DNA of 64,000 nt from Promethearchaeota archaeon (GTDB taxonomy: Archaea > Asgardarchaeota > Lokiarchaeia > Sigyniarchaeales > SOKP01). The position numbers and the translations under genes are program-made. The stretch spans positions 1-64,000 of the forward strand of contig JBHLMP010000002.1 of NCBI GenBank assembly GCA_048938025.1, read 5' to 3'. The notes under the pieces were generated by a model that had not been told where the DNA came from, searched no databases, and worked only from the letters and a program-made list of their open reading frames with translations. Of the stretch, positions 30,917-40,278 are shown piece by piece (the stretch's first letter is position 1; every line of letters starts with the position of its first letter).

Positions 30917-31482
30917 CTCAAATGGGTTTTTATTTTGATCAAACTCGCTGTACTGGGTGCTTCGCGTGTGCTGTTGCCTGTAAAGATTGGCATAATATCC
31001 CAGCGGGGCCAATAAACTGGCTACGAGTTAAAGAAATTGAAAAAGGAAAATATCCTAATTTATTTTTAACTTACCTTGTTATAGCATGTAATCATTGTGC
31101 TGATCCTCCATGTATAAAGGCATGTCCAGTTAATGCAATAATCAAAAGAGAGTCTGATGGAGTAGTAATAGTAAACCAAGAAGTATGCATAGGTAAGAAC
31201 GAATGTGGATTTAAATGCCTAAAAGTATGTCCTTGGGATGCCCCTCAATTTGGGTTCGAGGAAAATTCTAAAATGCAAAAGTGTGATTTATGTATAGAAC
31301 GTTTAGAACAAGGTCAACAAACAATTTGTGTTGAAGCTTGTCCAATGTATGCTTTGGATGTCGGACCTATAAATGAGCTTCGTGAAAAATATGGTAATAA
31401 TATTGATGCAGAAGGTTTTAACTATTCAGAAAAATATAAACCTTCAATAGTGTTTAAACCAAAATTTTTTAATAAAAAATAG
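30913..31482 (+). CDS. DmsB-like 4x[4Fe-4S] electron-transfer subunit
   Basis: CTGCFACAVACKD, CNHCADPPCIKACP, KCDLC; ATGA overlap with the upstream gene. Confidence 0.92.
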   Translation: MTQMGFYFDQTRCTGCFACAVACKDWHNIPAGPINWLRVKEIEKGKYPNLFLTYLVIACNHCADPPCIKACPVNAIIKRESDGVVIVNQEVCIGKNECGFKCLKVCPWDAPQFGFEENSKMQKCDLCIERLEQGQQTICVEACPMYALDVGPINELREKYGNNIDAEGFNYSEKYKPSIVFKPKFFNKK

Positions 31483-31571
31483 ATTAAGTTTTTCTCTAAT
31501 ACTATTTTATTTAACAAATTAATGGATTTAAAAAATTTAATTTAAATCAAAATGAAAAGTGATTATAAAAA

Positions 31572-32399
31572 ATGTCTGAAGAAAAAAAGTATGAACATAT
31601 TAAAATAGAAAAAGTTCCAGATAACAACTATGCTGTAATCATAATAAATCGACCTGATAAATTGAATGCTCTTCAAAATCAAACATTAAGAGAAATTGCC
31701 GAAGCTTTACAATCTATGGATGCAGATCAAAACGTACGATGTGTAGTATTACGAGGGACAAAAGAATTTACTAAAAAAAGAGCTTTTTCCGCAGGAGCAG
31801 ATCTCTCTGATAGAGGGAGTGGTGATCTTGATCCTGATAACTTAAGGCATCAAAGTCATGCTATGTACAGAAGACAAAAATACTATGATTTAATTGAAGA
31901 ATTCCCAAAACCTTTAATTGCAGCTATAGATGGTTATGCTCTGGGTGGTGGATTTGAATTAGTTTTGGTTTGTGATATCTCTATCGCTTCTAGGCGATCA
32001 GCATTTGGATTTCCTGAAATTCAACGAGGCATTTTTCCTGCTAATGGTGGTACTCAAAGATTAATAAGAAATCTTGGTAAACAGAGGGTGAAAAGAATGA
32101 TGTTTTTTGGTGAACATTATACTGCTGAGCAGATGTTTGAGTGGGGAGTTATTTCTTTTGTGGTTGATGATGATAAATTTGAGGATTTTGTTCATGAAAG
32201 AGCATCATGGTTAGGGAATGCCGCTACAAATAGCCTATTTATAATTAAAAAATCCATTGACTACGGAACTCAAGTACCATTAAGAATAGGCTTACAATTT
32301 GAACAAATGGGTTATGCGATTAATTCTAGAAGCAAAGATGTGACTGAAGGGGTCACTGCCTTCCTAGAAAAAAGAAAACCTAAATTTCAAGGTAAATAA
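31572..32399 (+). CDS. Enoyl-CoA hydratase/isomerase (crotonase family)
   Basis: NRPDKLNA, FSAGAD, GYALGGGFEL, FPE..GIFP, FLEKRKP. Confidence 0.93.
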   Translation: MSEEKKYEHIKIEKVPDNNYAVIIINRPDKLNALQNQTLREIAEALQSMDADQNVRCVVLRGTKEFTKKRAFSAGADLSDRGSGDLDPDNLRHQSHAMYRRQKYYDLIEEFPKPLIAAIDGYALGGGFELVLVCDISIASRRSAFGFPEIQRGIFPANGGTQRLIRNLGKQRVKRMMFFGEHYTAEQMFEWGVISFVVDDDKFEDFVHERASWLGNAATNSLFIIKKSIDYGTQVPLRIGLQFEQMGYAINSRSKDVTEGVTAFLEKRKPKFQGK

Positions 32400-32500
32400 G
32401 GAGAATTTTGATATACATTTCTATTTTTTTTTTTAATTTTTGCTTACTTGATAAATTTTATAATAAATGAAGTTTTTTAGAATAAAAAACATCATAAAAA

Positions 32501-33796
32501 TTGAGTGAAAATAGATTGAATTTAAAAGAAGTCTGGTTAATTGATTACACTAGAACACCTTTTTCACGTTCCAGACCAGAACAACCTGAAAGGGATGTTT
32601 TTGGAGAAATTCGTGGAGATGAATTACTTGCTGAATTATTAATAAAGTTTTTTGATGGAAAATTAGCTGATAAAGGCATAGTGAGAAAAGATATTGAGGA
32701 AGCATCAATAGGGATTGCTTCTGGTGTATTAGAAAATTGGACTTACGGTGGAAAAATTCCTCTTTTTTTAGCAGGGTTCCCACCCGAAGTCTCTTCATTT
32801 ATGATAGATAAACAATGTGCTTCAGCAGGCGTAGGAATGCATACATTGATCATGCATATTATGACAGGAAATAGCAAAAGAGTATTAGCAACTGGTATGG
32901 AACATATGACAAGAGTCCGTAGAGTCGGAATTGCACCTGAGTGGGAGCGATTTTCTGACGAGAAAAGCAAATATTACTACCCTGATATTGATATAATGAA
33001 TTCGATTAATATGTTACAAACAGCTCAAAGATTATATGAAGAAGAAGTGCCACGATTTACAAAAGAAGATTTAGATAAGTTTGGCGTAAGATCTCATAAT
33101 TTAACCGTTAAAAATACAGAAGAAGGCTGGTTTAAGGGGGAAATTATTCCAATAAAAGGCCATGTTGAAGGCAATGTTGAGGAACCAATGATGGTGGATA
33201 GAGACATGGCCGCTAGAAAATCTACCTTAGAAGGAGTCGCAGGACTACGTAGAATAACTACACCATTCTATTTAGAAAAAAATGGTGGCAAACAGGGATA
33301 TATTGAGAGAGAAGGAACGGAAGAAGGTGTAATAACAGCGGGAAATTCATCTCCGTTAAATGCTGGAGCTACAGCAGCAGTTCTTATGGAGGCTGAAGAG
33401 GCAAGAAAAAGAGGATTAGAACCAATGGCACGGATTGTTTCAATTGGGTGGGCAGCAGTGGATCCAAGAGTTATGGGAAGAGGACCAGTTCCGGCTACTC
33501 GTAAAGCACTAGAATCTGCTGGTTTACAAGCAGATGATATTGATTACTGGGAAATAAATGAAGCTTTTTGTATAGTTGCTTTGAATTGTATGGACAAATT
33601 CAATATTCCGGAAGAAAAAGTCAATATTATGGGAGGTTCTACTGCGATAGGACATCCTTTAGGATCAACGGTGATTCGTCTTACAGGGACTCTTGCTAGA
33701 ATTTTAAAAGACAGAAAAGCCAGATTCGGAGTAGCTAACGCCTGCGTTGGTGGAGGTCAGGGATTAGCGACTGTAATTGAGAATCTAGATGCTTAA
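32501..33796 (+). CDS. Acetyl-CoA C-acyltransferase (thiolase)
   Basis: KQCASAG catalytic Cys, TAGNSS, EINEAF, GHPLG, CVGGGQG. Confidence 0.95.
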   Translation: MSENRLNLKEVWLIDYTRTPFSRSRPEQPERDVFGEIRGDELLAELLIKFFDGKLADKGIVRKDIEEASIGIASGVLENWTYGGKIPLFLAGFPPEVSSFMIDKQCASAGVGMHTLIMHIMTGNSKRVLATGMEHMTRVRRVGIAPEWERFSDEKSKYYYPDIDIMNSINMLQTAQRLYEEEVPRFTKEDLDKFGVRSHNLTVKNTEEGWFKGEIIPIKGHVEGNVEEPMMVDRDMAARKSTLEGVAGLRRITTPFYLEKNGGKQGYIEREGTEEGVITAGNSSPLNAGATAAVLMEAEEARKRGLEPMARIVSIGWAAVDPRVMGRGPVPATRKALESAGLQADDIDYWEINEAFCIVALNCMDKFNIPEEKVNIMGGSTAIGHPLGSTVIRLTGTLARILKDRKARFGVANACVGGGQGLATVIENLDA

Positions 33797-33866
33797 GAAC
33801 ATTCATAACATAAATCTCTCATTTTTTATTTATTAATTTAGTAAAAACTACAAAGATCTGAATATT

Positions 33867-34751
33867 TTGGTCTATATAAATAAAGAAGGAAAGTTTAATG
33901 CCAATACTTGGTTGATTGATGGATATTTATTTGGACAGAAGGGAAATCTTTCACTTTATATTATTGAAAATGATGGCATAAGATTGATGATTGATGCTTC
34001 TGAAAAAGCAGCAGTACCTAAAATTATTGAAAAATTGAAGAAATTCGAGATTTATCCAATTCATAAAATTTTTCTTACTCATTCCCATTTTGATCACGTA
34101 GATGGGGTCCATGAATTACAGAAATCAATGAAGGATACAAAGATTGAAGTTTTAGCCTCGGAAAATGCAATAGAGAATTTAAAAAATCCAAATAATATGA
34201 ATGAAGTATTTGCAGCCAAAATGGAACCAATAGAAGATGTTATACCTTTAAAAGATAATGAAATTATTAATCTAAATGGCTTAGAATTAGAAGTCCTGAA
34301 TTTTTTCGGACATTCAATGGATTCTATAGCACTTTTTGATAAAAAAAATATGAATATATTCACTGGTGATGCAATTATCGATAAATCTAGTATTTATTAT
34401 TTCCAACCTACCTTTATGCCACCAGATTTCCATGAAACGGAATTATTAAAGACATTTCAGAGACTTAGGAGTATGAAAAATAAATTGAATTCAATATCAC
34501 TAGCCCATTATGGTGTATGGACAGAGGAAGATTTCGAACAAATAGTAAATAGTATGGAAGAATTACATTTCGCTACAAAAAATTCAATTATTAAGTGGTA
34601 TAAAGAAAATCCTTCATTCAATTACTTAGCTCTCAAGTTTCATGAAACTTTCACACCCAAATCTAAAATTATCAAATATGGAAATATAGGATTTTTAGAA
34701 AGACAAATGGAATTTTTTGTTGATAGTTTAAAGAGAAGCGGATTTATTTAA
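33867..34751 (+). CDS. MBL-fold metallo-hydrolase
   Basis: THSHFDHVDG, GHS, FTGD, AHYG. Confidence 0.88.
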   Translation: MVYINKEGKFNANTWLIDGYLFGQKGNLSLYIIENDGIRLMIDASEKAAVPKIIEKLKKFEIYPIHKIFLTHSHFDHVDGVHELQKSMKDTKIEVLASENAIENLKNPNNMNEVFAAKMEPIEDVIPLKDNEIINLNGLELEVLNFFGHSMDSIALFDKKNMNIFTGDAIIDKSSIYYFQPTFMPPDFHETELLKTFQRLRSMKNKLNSISLAHYGVWTEEDFEQIVNSMEELHFATKNSIIKWYKENPSFNYLALKFHETFTPKSKIIKYGNIGFLERQMEFFVDSLKRSGFI

Positions 34752-34813
34752 CATAAAAAATTGATATTCAATATGAAAAATAAATGTATTATTTTGTTAA
34801 AGGTGATAAAATA

Positions 34814-35653
34814 TTGTCTGGATTAAATCTTGATGTTATAGGTAAAAAATTTCCTGAGGTTACTTTTAAATATAATTGGAAAGATGTAGTACTTTATGCT
34901 TTAGGGATTGGGGCTCAGGTTGATGAGTTACAATTTTTATATGAAGGATTCTCTGGAGGATTAAAAGTTTTCCCTAGTTACGCCTGTATAGTCGGAGGGG
35001 CAGGTCTTCAGCTTAATAGGCTTGGTAAAATCGCTTTTTCGCACTTTGTTCATGGGGAACAGTCAATTAAGCTATACAAATCCTTTTCTTCATCAGATGA
35101 AATAATTTGTCAAGGTGAGGTTGAGAATATCTTTGATAAAGGAAAAGCTGCTGTTATTCATATGAACGTTTCAGGACATAAGAAAGGAGGTGAACCTATA
35201 TTTGAAACGAAATGGGTATTTTTTTACCTTAAAGGAGGAGGATTTGGAGGTGATCCAGGTCCTAAAACTAAACCGTTAAATCCTCCAGAAGGGGTAGAAC
35301 CAGATTTTAGGATATCTTATAAAACTAATGAAAATCAAGCAGCTTTGTATAGGCTTAATGGAGATTTAAACCCCTTACATATAGATCCTGAATTTGCCAG
35401 TAGAAGTGGAAGATTTAAAGGACCAATACTCCATGGACTATGTACATATGGTTTTGCAACTCGTGCTATAATTTATGGTGCCTGTAATGGAGACATTGAA
35501 CGTTTTAAAGAGTTCAAAGCACGATTTGCAAGTGAAGTTTATCCCGGAGAACCTTTAACTACAGAGGGTTGGAAAGATAATGGACGGTATATAATTCAAG
35601 TCCGAACAGAAAGAGCTGTTGTTCTTGGAAATGCATATGCTATTGTAGAATGA
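34814..35653 (+). CDS. MaoC-type double hot-dog (R)-specific enoyl-CoA hydratase 2 (start TTG 34814 after AGGTGA)
   Basis: LYALGIGA, VHGEQ, YRLNGDLNPLHIDP hydratase-2 motif, ILHGLCTYG. Confidence 0.9.
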   Translation: MSGLNLDVIGKKFPEVTFKYNWKDVVLYALGIGAQVDELQFLYEGFSGGLKVFPSYACIVGGAGLQLNRLGKIAFSHFVHGEQSIKLYKSFSSSDEIICQGEVENIFDKGKAAVIHMNVSGHKKGGEPIFETKWVFFYLKGGGFGGDPGPKTKPLNPPEGVEPDFRISYKTNENQAALYRLNGDLNPLHIDPEFASRSGRFKGPILHGLCTYGFATRAIIYGACNGDIERFKEFKARFASEVYPGEPLTTEGWKDNGRYIIQVRTERAVVLGNAYAIVE

Positions 35654-35678
35654 AATAATAAGAATAAAAATATTTATT

Positions 35679-36824
35679 TTAATTTTTTCGAGGAGGGAGC
35701 ATTCTAACCATTCTAAAACCTTCAACCATGGATATAGCATTTTCTGGGCAAAAGTAAGCACAAACTCCACAACCAATACAAAATTCCTTGATTCTTTCAG
35801 CTTTATTCTCATCATTCAAAAATATTGCATTATTATAACATTTTTCGATACACGTTCCACATCCTATACATAAGTCTGGATCAATCTGTGCTAAATAAAA
35901 TGTTGCATTAACTACGGCATTATTTTGCACATTTCTGCTATTTGGACAACAACATGAGCAACAATTGCATATTGCTACTTCTTCCTTTGAAATATCTGAA
36001 TGGAGATGATAAGCCTTATGAACTAATCCATCTTGTTCAGACTGTTTTAGGATTTCTAATGCTTCTTCTTTGGTTACCATTCTAGCAAATCCTTGAGTTG
36101 ATGTATGTCTAGCACTTTTTCCTATTGTAAAGCAATTTTCTCTTAGATCTGTAGCTTTACACGGATCTCCAAGCATATCTTTATGTTGACGGCAAAAACA
36201 ATGTCCAACAGCAATATCATCAAATTTTTCAATAATATCTTTTACTGTTTGAGCTGGTAAAATCATTTCAGTAGGAACTTCTAATTCTTTATCAACAAGT
36301 ATATCAATTTCATCGCCGTCTTTATTAATTAAATGAGGGACTGTTCTATCTACTGGTAACCTCTTTTCTATCGTAGAAGCGACAAAATCATAATTATTTT
36401 GAACGAAAGTCTCAATTTCCTCATCAAATTTAGAATAAAGAGTTGCTAATTTTCTAAACTCTTGTGTATTTTCAAGTTTTTTCATAAAAGTATACTCAAA
36501 CTGCCTTGCTACTGGTAATAACCGAAATATCATTAAACCTGTGCGATTGGGTTGATTAAAAATCACACCTTTCTTCGCCAGAGCATCAACTTTTTGCAAA
36601 ATATCTTCTTCACGTAGACCACAACTAGCTTTTAACTGTTCTATTGTTTGAGATAGGTTTTTTTCAAAAGCCATAATAAAGTCTAAGTTTTCCTCTTTTA
36701 TGTTATGCTTTAATATTTCAATTAATGTATCAGTCACAGGATAAGGAAACTGTCCAGCTTTATTAATTATGTCTGCTGCTTTCCTATATTTCATATCTAT
36801 ATTCTTATCTTTTATTTTCGACAT
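35679..36824 (-). CDS. Fe-S protein with C-terminal 2x[4Fe-4S] ferredoxin domain
   Basis: CFCRQ..C..C, GLVH, ICNCCSCCC, CIGCGTC..C, CIGCGVC..CP. Confidence 0.85.
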   Translation of the reverse strand: MSKIKDKNIDMKYRKAADIINKAGQFPYPVTDTLIEILKHNIKEENLDFIMAFEKNLSQTIEQLKASCGLREEDILQKVDALAKKGVIFNQPNRTGLMIFRLLPVARQFEYTFMKKLENTQEFRKLATLYSKFDEEIETFVQNNYDFVASTIEKRLPVDRTVPHLINKDGDEIDILVDKELEVPTEMILPAQTVKDIIEKFDDIAVGHCFCRQHKDMLGDPCKATDLRENCFTIGKSARHTSTQGFARMVTKEEALEILKQSEQDGLVHKAYHLHSDISKEEVAICNCCSCCCPNSRNVQNNAVVNATFYLAQIDPDLCIGCGTCIEKCYNNAIFLNDENKAERIKEFCIGCGVCAYFCPENAISMVEGFRMVRMLPPRKN

Positions 36825-36885
36825 ATTCCTTCAATTTTTTCTTTAATATTTTTCATAAAGTAACATAATTTTAAATTAAATAAAT

Positions 36886-36981
36886 TCATAATCTTCTTTT
36901 TGGTATTGGAGGATTATAATATATTAACGGGTCTGTTCCCTCATCAGGTTTAAATTGAAAAAATATCTTTTCAGAAATCAT
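36886..36981 (-). CDS. Putative 31-aa small protein
   Basis: MISEKIFFQFKPDEGTDPLIYYNPPIPKRRL; locally higher GC than the flanking intergenic DNA. Confidence 0.35.
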   Translation of the reverse strand: MISEKIFFQFKPDEGTDPLIYYNPPIPKRRL

Positions 36982-37128
36982 CTTTCTAAATTTTTTTCCT
37001 TCTTAGTATATTTTTTATGTATATATAAACTTCTCTCAAAAAAATAAAATTTTATAATTAAACAACACAAATTTACTCACCAACAAAAGTTTTAATAAAA
37101 ATAAGAAAGAAGTAGGTAGAAATTTAAA

Positions 37129-37557
37129 ATGGTTGATGAAAATATAATTAAAGAATTAAAAGAATTAAGAGAAAAAGGCGCAAGGCAACCTTCAGATGCT
37201 CTTAAAACTTATGAGTTTGTAAAACAACTTGCTGAAGAAAACGAAGAATTAAAGGAAGAATTAGAAGATATCGATCCTATGGTTGTTCAACTAGTAATTA
37301 CTGATGTAGATTATAAATATTGGGTTAAAATTGGGGAAGGTAAGTTAGATTATGGTGAAGGTGAGGGTAAAGATCCAAGTGTTACCATGTCAGCAACCGG
37401 AGCAACGTGGACAGGATTAACCTCAGGTGAAATTGATTCGACTTCAGCATACATGTCTGGGGATCTTGTTATAGAAGGTAATCTTCAAGATGCAATCGCA
37501 TATGGAGAGGTCATGGCATTAGCACAGGAATTAGGCGCAGATTATTTTGAGGATTAA
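37129..37557 (+). CDS. SCP2 sterol/lipid-binding domain protein
   Basis: PSVTM....TW..L.SGEID...AYMSGDLVIEGNL. Confidence 0.88.
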   Translation: MVDENIIKELKELREKGARQPSDALKTYEFVKQLAEENEELKEELEDIDPMVVQLVITDVDYKYWVKIGEGKLDYGEGEGKDPSVTMSATGATWTGLTSGEIDSTSAYMSGDLVIEGNLQDAIAYGEVMALAQELGADYFED

Positions 37558-37607
37558 ATAATATACTTTAATAATTTTTAAATTATCTTTTCTTTTATTT
37601 TAAAGTC

Positions 37608-39287
37608 TTATTTTAAGTTTTTATGATCAATGCATGCTTTTATGAATTCGAAATATAGAGGAGAGGGTTTATAGGGTCTTGATTTAAACTCTGGGTGGAA
37701 TTGTGTCCCTACCATCCAATGGTCTTTTCTATTTAATTCTATACTGTTAATTATCCTTCCAGTTTCGTCTCGACTGGAAACTATTAGACCTTTATTTTTC
37801 GCTTCTTCAGTTATAAAACGTTCTTGTATGTGATATCTATGTCTAAATCTTTCATAAATCTCTTTTTGTTTATAAGCCTCAAATAATTTGGTATTTTTTT
37901 CAATAACAATCTTTTGAGCTCCAAGTCTCATAGTCCCTCCTTTTTCAGAAATTTCTTTCTGACTTTCTAAAAGATCAACTACTGGGTAAGGTGTTTTAGA
38001 ATCAATTTCCGTAGAATTTGCTTCATTTAAACCTAGATATTTTCTACAGAAAGCTACAAAAAATAATTGTGCCCCAAAACATACTCCAAGAAATGGGATT
38101 TTATTTTCCATAGCATATTCAGCAGATTTTATCATTCCCTCTACAGCTCTTTCCCCAAAGCCTGGTGTGAGTAATATACCATCACAATCCTTTAACTGTT
38201 CTTCAATATTTATATTTTCGTCAATATTTATCATTTTTAATTCTGTCTTATATCCTTGATGGGCAGCAGCATCTTCTATAGCAACATTTATAGATATATA
38301 AGAATCAGAAATGTTAAAGTACTTACCAGGCATTCCAATTGTTATATTCTTATTAGCATCTTTGAACAATTCGACCATTTTTACCCATTCTGAGTAGTTG
38401 GTTACCTCATTATAAGATACTAATTTTGCTTTTAAATCTATAAGCTCACAGATCAAATCGCCTAAACCTTGCTCTTCAAATAATAAAGGCAATTCATATA
38501 CAACTTCTAAATCGGGATTTGAAATCACAGCATTTTCAGGTACGTTAGAGTATAAGGAAATTTTTCTTTTAATATCATGATCTAAGGGTTTTTCACTTCT
38601 GCCTATTATTATATCAGGCTGTAATCCTAGACTTTGCAGCATCTTAACAGAATGTTGTGTTGGTTTTGATTTTTGTTGTCCTACAGCACGAGAATAAGGT
38701 ATAAGAGTTACATGGACAAATGCCGTGCGTTTGGGGTATTCTAATTTTATTTGTCTGAATGCTTCCAAAAAGATACTCGATTCTAAATCACCCACAGTTC
38801 CTCCACATTCAATTAATAAAACATCTAACTCTTCGGATTCTGCTATTTCCATTAACCTTTCTTTTATGATATTTGTTACATGAGGGATTAATTGAACTGT
38901 TTTGCCTAAAAACCTTCCCTTCCTTTCACTAAGGATTGTGGTGAGATAAATTTGTCCAGAGGTTATATTGTGTGAAGGATGCATTTCAATTCCTAATATC
39001 CTAGAATATGTCCCAAAATCTTGATCAATCTCAGAAATTCTATAAGATCTTTCATCAGATTCAAGAACAGGTTGGAAATCCCAAACATTTTCCGTAATAA
39101 AGCATTCTCCATGCTCAATAGGGTTAAGTGTGCCTGGATCTACATTTAAGTAAGGATCTATTTTAACTACTGACACTTTAAATCCACGAAATTGAAGTAC
39201 TTTTCCAATACTTGCAGTGGCGACACCTTTCCCTATACCTGACATAACTCCGCCTGTTACAAATACAAACTTGCACATAGAGCTCAT
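37608..39287 (-). CDS. pyrG: CTP synthase
   Basis: VTGGVMSGIGKG, KIDPYLNVDPGT, GGTVGD, KSKPTQHSV, GVCFG, RHRY, QFHPE. Confidence 0.98.
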   Translation of the reverse strand: MSSMCKFVFVTGGVMSGIGKGVATASIGKVLQFRGFKVSVVKIDPYLNVDPGTLNPIEHGECFITENVWDFQPVLESDERSYRISEIDQDFGTYSRILGIEMHPSHNITSGQIYLTTILSERKGRFLGKTVQLIPHVTNIIKERLMEIAESEELDVLLIECGGTVGDLESSIFLEAFRQIKLEYPKRTAFVHVTLIPYSRAVGQQKSKPTQHSVKMLQSLGLQPDIIIGRSEKPLDHDIKRKISLYSNVPENAVISNPDLEVVYELPLLFEEQGLGDLICELIDLKAKLVSYNEVTNYSEWVKMVELFKDANKNITIGMPGKYFNISDSYISINVAIEDAAAHQGYKTELKMINIDENINIEEQLKDCDGILLTPGFGERAVEGMIKSAEYAMENKIPFLGVCFGAQLFFVAFCRKYLGLNEANSTEIDSKTPYPVVDLLESQKEISEKGGTMRLGAQKIVIEKNTKLFEAYKQKEIYERFRHRYHIQERFITEEAKNKGLIVSSRDETGRIINSIELNRKDHWMVGTQFHPEFKSRPYKPSPLYFEFIKACIDHKNLK

Positions 39288-39418
39288 AATTATTACTTTA
39301 ATAATATAAATTTCTAATATAATAATGTCAAAATAAAAATATTAAATATTAACCACATTTAATAAGAGTTTCGATGAGAATAAAAAATAACATTATTAAT
39401 TTTATAATATTAAATAAT

Positions 39419-40234
39419 TTATTTTCCTTTAAAAACTGGCTCTCTTTTTTGAATTAGTGATTTTAACGATTCTCTGAAATCATGTGTTTTAAATAACTCT
39501 CTAAGTCCTTCATTTTCAAGATCTAAAGTTTTCGATATAATATCTTTAAAATAATTATGCATGGTTTTTTTCATTAACTTAATTGATAAGCTAGGTCCTT
39601 CTGGAGGTATTAACCGTAATGCTTGTTCCCTAGCATATGGTATTAAATCTGCAGAAGGTACAACCTTATTAACTAAACCAAGTTTTTCAGCTTCCCTTGC
39701 ACTAATTCTTTCACCAAAATATACAATTTCTTTTGCCTTTTGAAAGCCTACGTAAAATGGAAGTAAAAAATCAGCACTAAATTCAGGTATAACAGAACGT
39801 TTAACAAAAGATAAACCAATCCAGGCATCCTCTGCCATATATATTAAATCAGCTCCCGCTAATAGCATTGTAAATCCTGCGCCTACTGCTAAACCATTAA
39901 TTGCAGCAATAACAGGCTTAGAAAAATTCCAAAATTTCATACATAACCTTTTTTGAGCAATATCCATTAAATCTATATCTTTCATTATCTCTGGAGGGAT
40001 AGAAGAATACATTTTCATATTGAAATATCCTCCAGACGAGAATGATCCTTCACTTCCTGTAATAATCAAAACTTTCGCACGTTTATCTCCTTCCATATCA
40101 GCTAATACTGTCTCAATTTCTAAGAAAGTAACGTATGACATTGCATTCTTTCTCTTAGGGATATTGAGTGTTATTGTACAAATTCCACTATCTTCCTTTT
40201 CGTATTTTATATCTTTAAATTCTTCAATGTTCAT
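39419..40234 (-). CDS. Enoyl-CoA hydratase/isomerase family protein
   Basis: FSSGG, KPVIAAINGLAVGAG, AREAEKLGLVN, KREPVFKG. Confidence 0.9.
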   Translation of the reverse strand: MNIEEFKDIKYEKEDSGICTITLNIPKRKNAMSYVTFLEIETVLADMEGDKRAKVLIITGSEGSFSSGGYFNMKMYSSIPPEIMKDIDLMDIAQKRLCMKFWNFSKPVIAAINGLAVGAGFTMLLAGADLIYMAEDAWIGLSFVKRSVIPEFSADFLLPFYVGFQKAKEIVYFGERISAREAEKLGLVNKVVPSADLIPYAREQALRLIPPEGPSLSIKLMKKTMHNYFKDIISKTLDLENEGLRELFKTHDFRESLKSLIQKREPVFKGK

Positions 40235-40278
40235 AATAGTAATTTACAACCTGGTTTTAATTAAAAATTAAATTTAAT

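Noticed and set aside
36920-36950. Minus-strand CTGATGA-GGG-AACAGA-CCC-G resembling a hammerhead ribozyme core with stem II
   Set aside because: The required GAAA after stem II is GTTA, and I could not build stems I and III.
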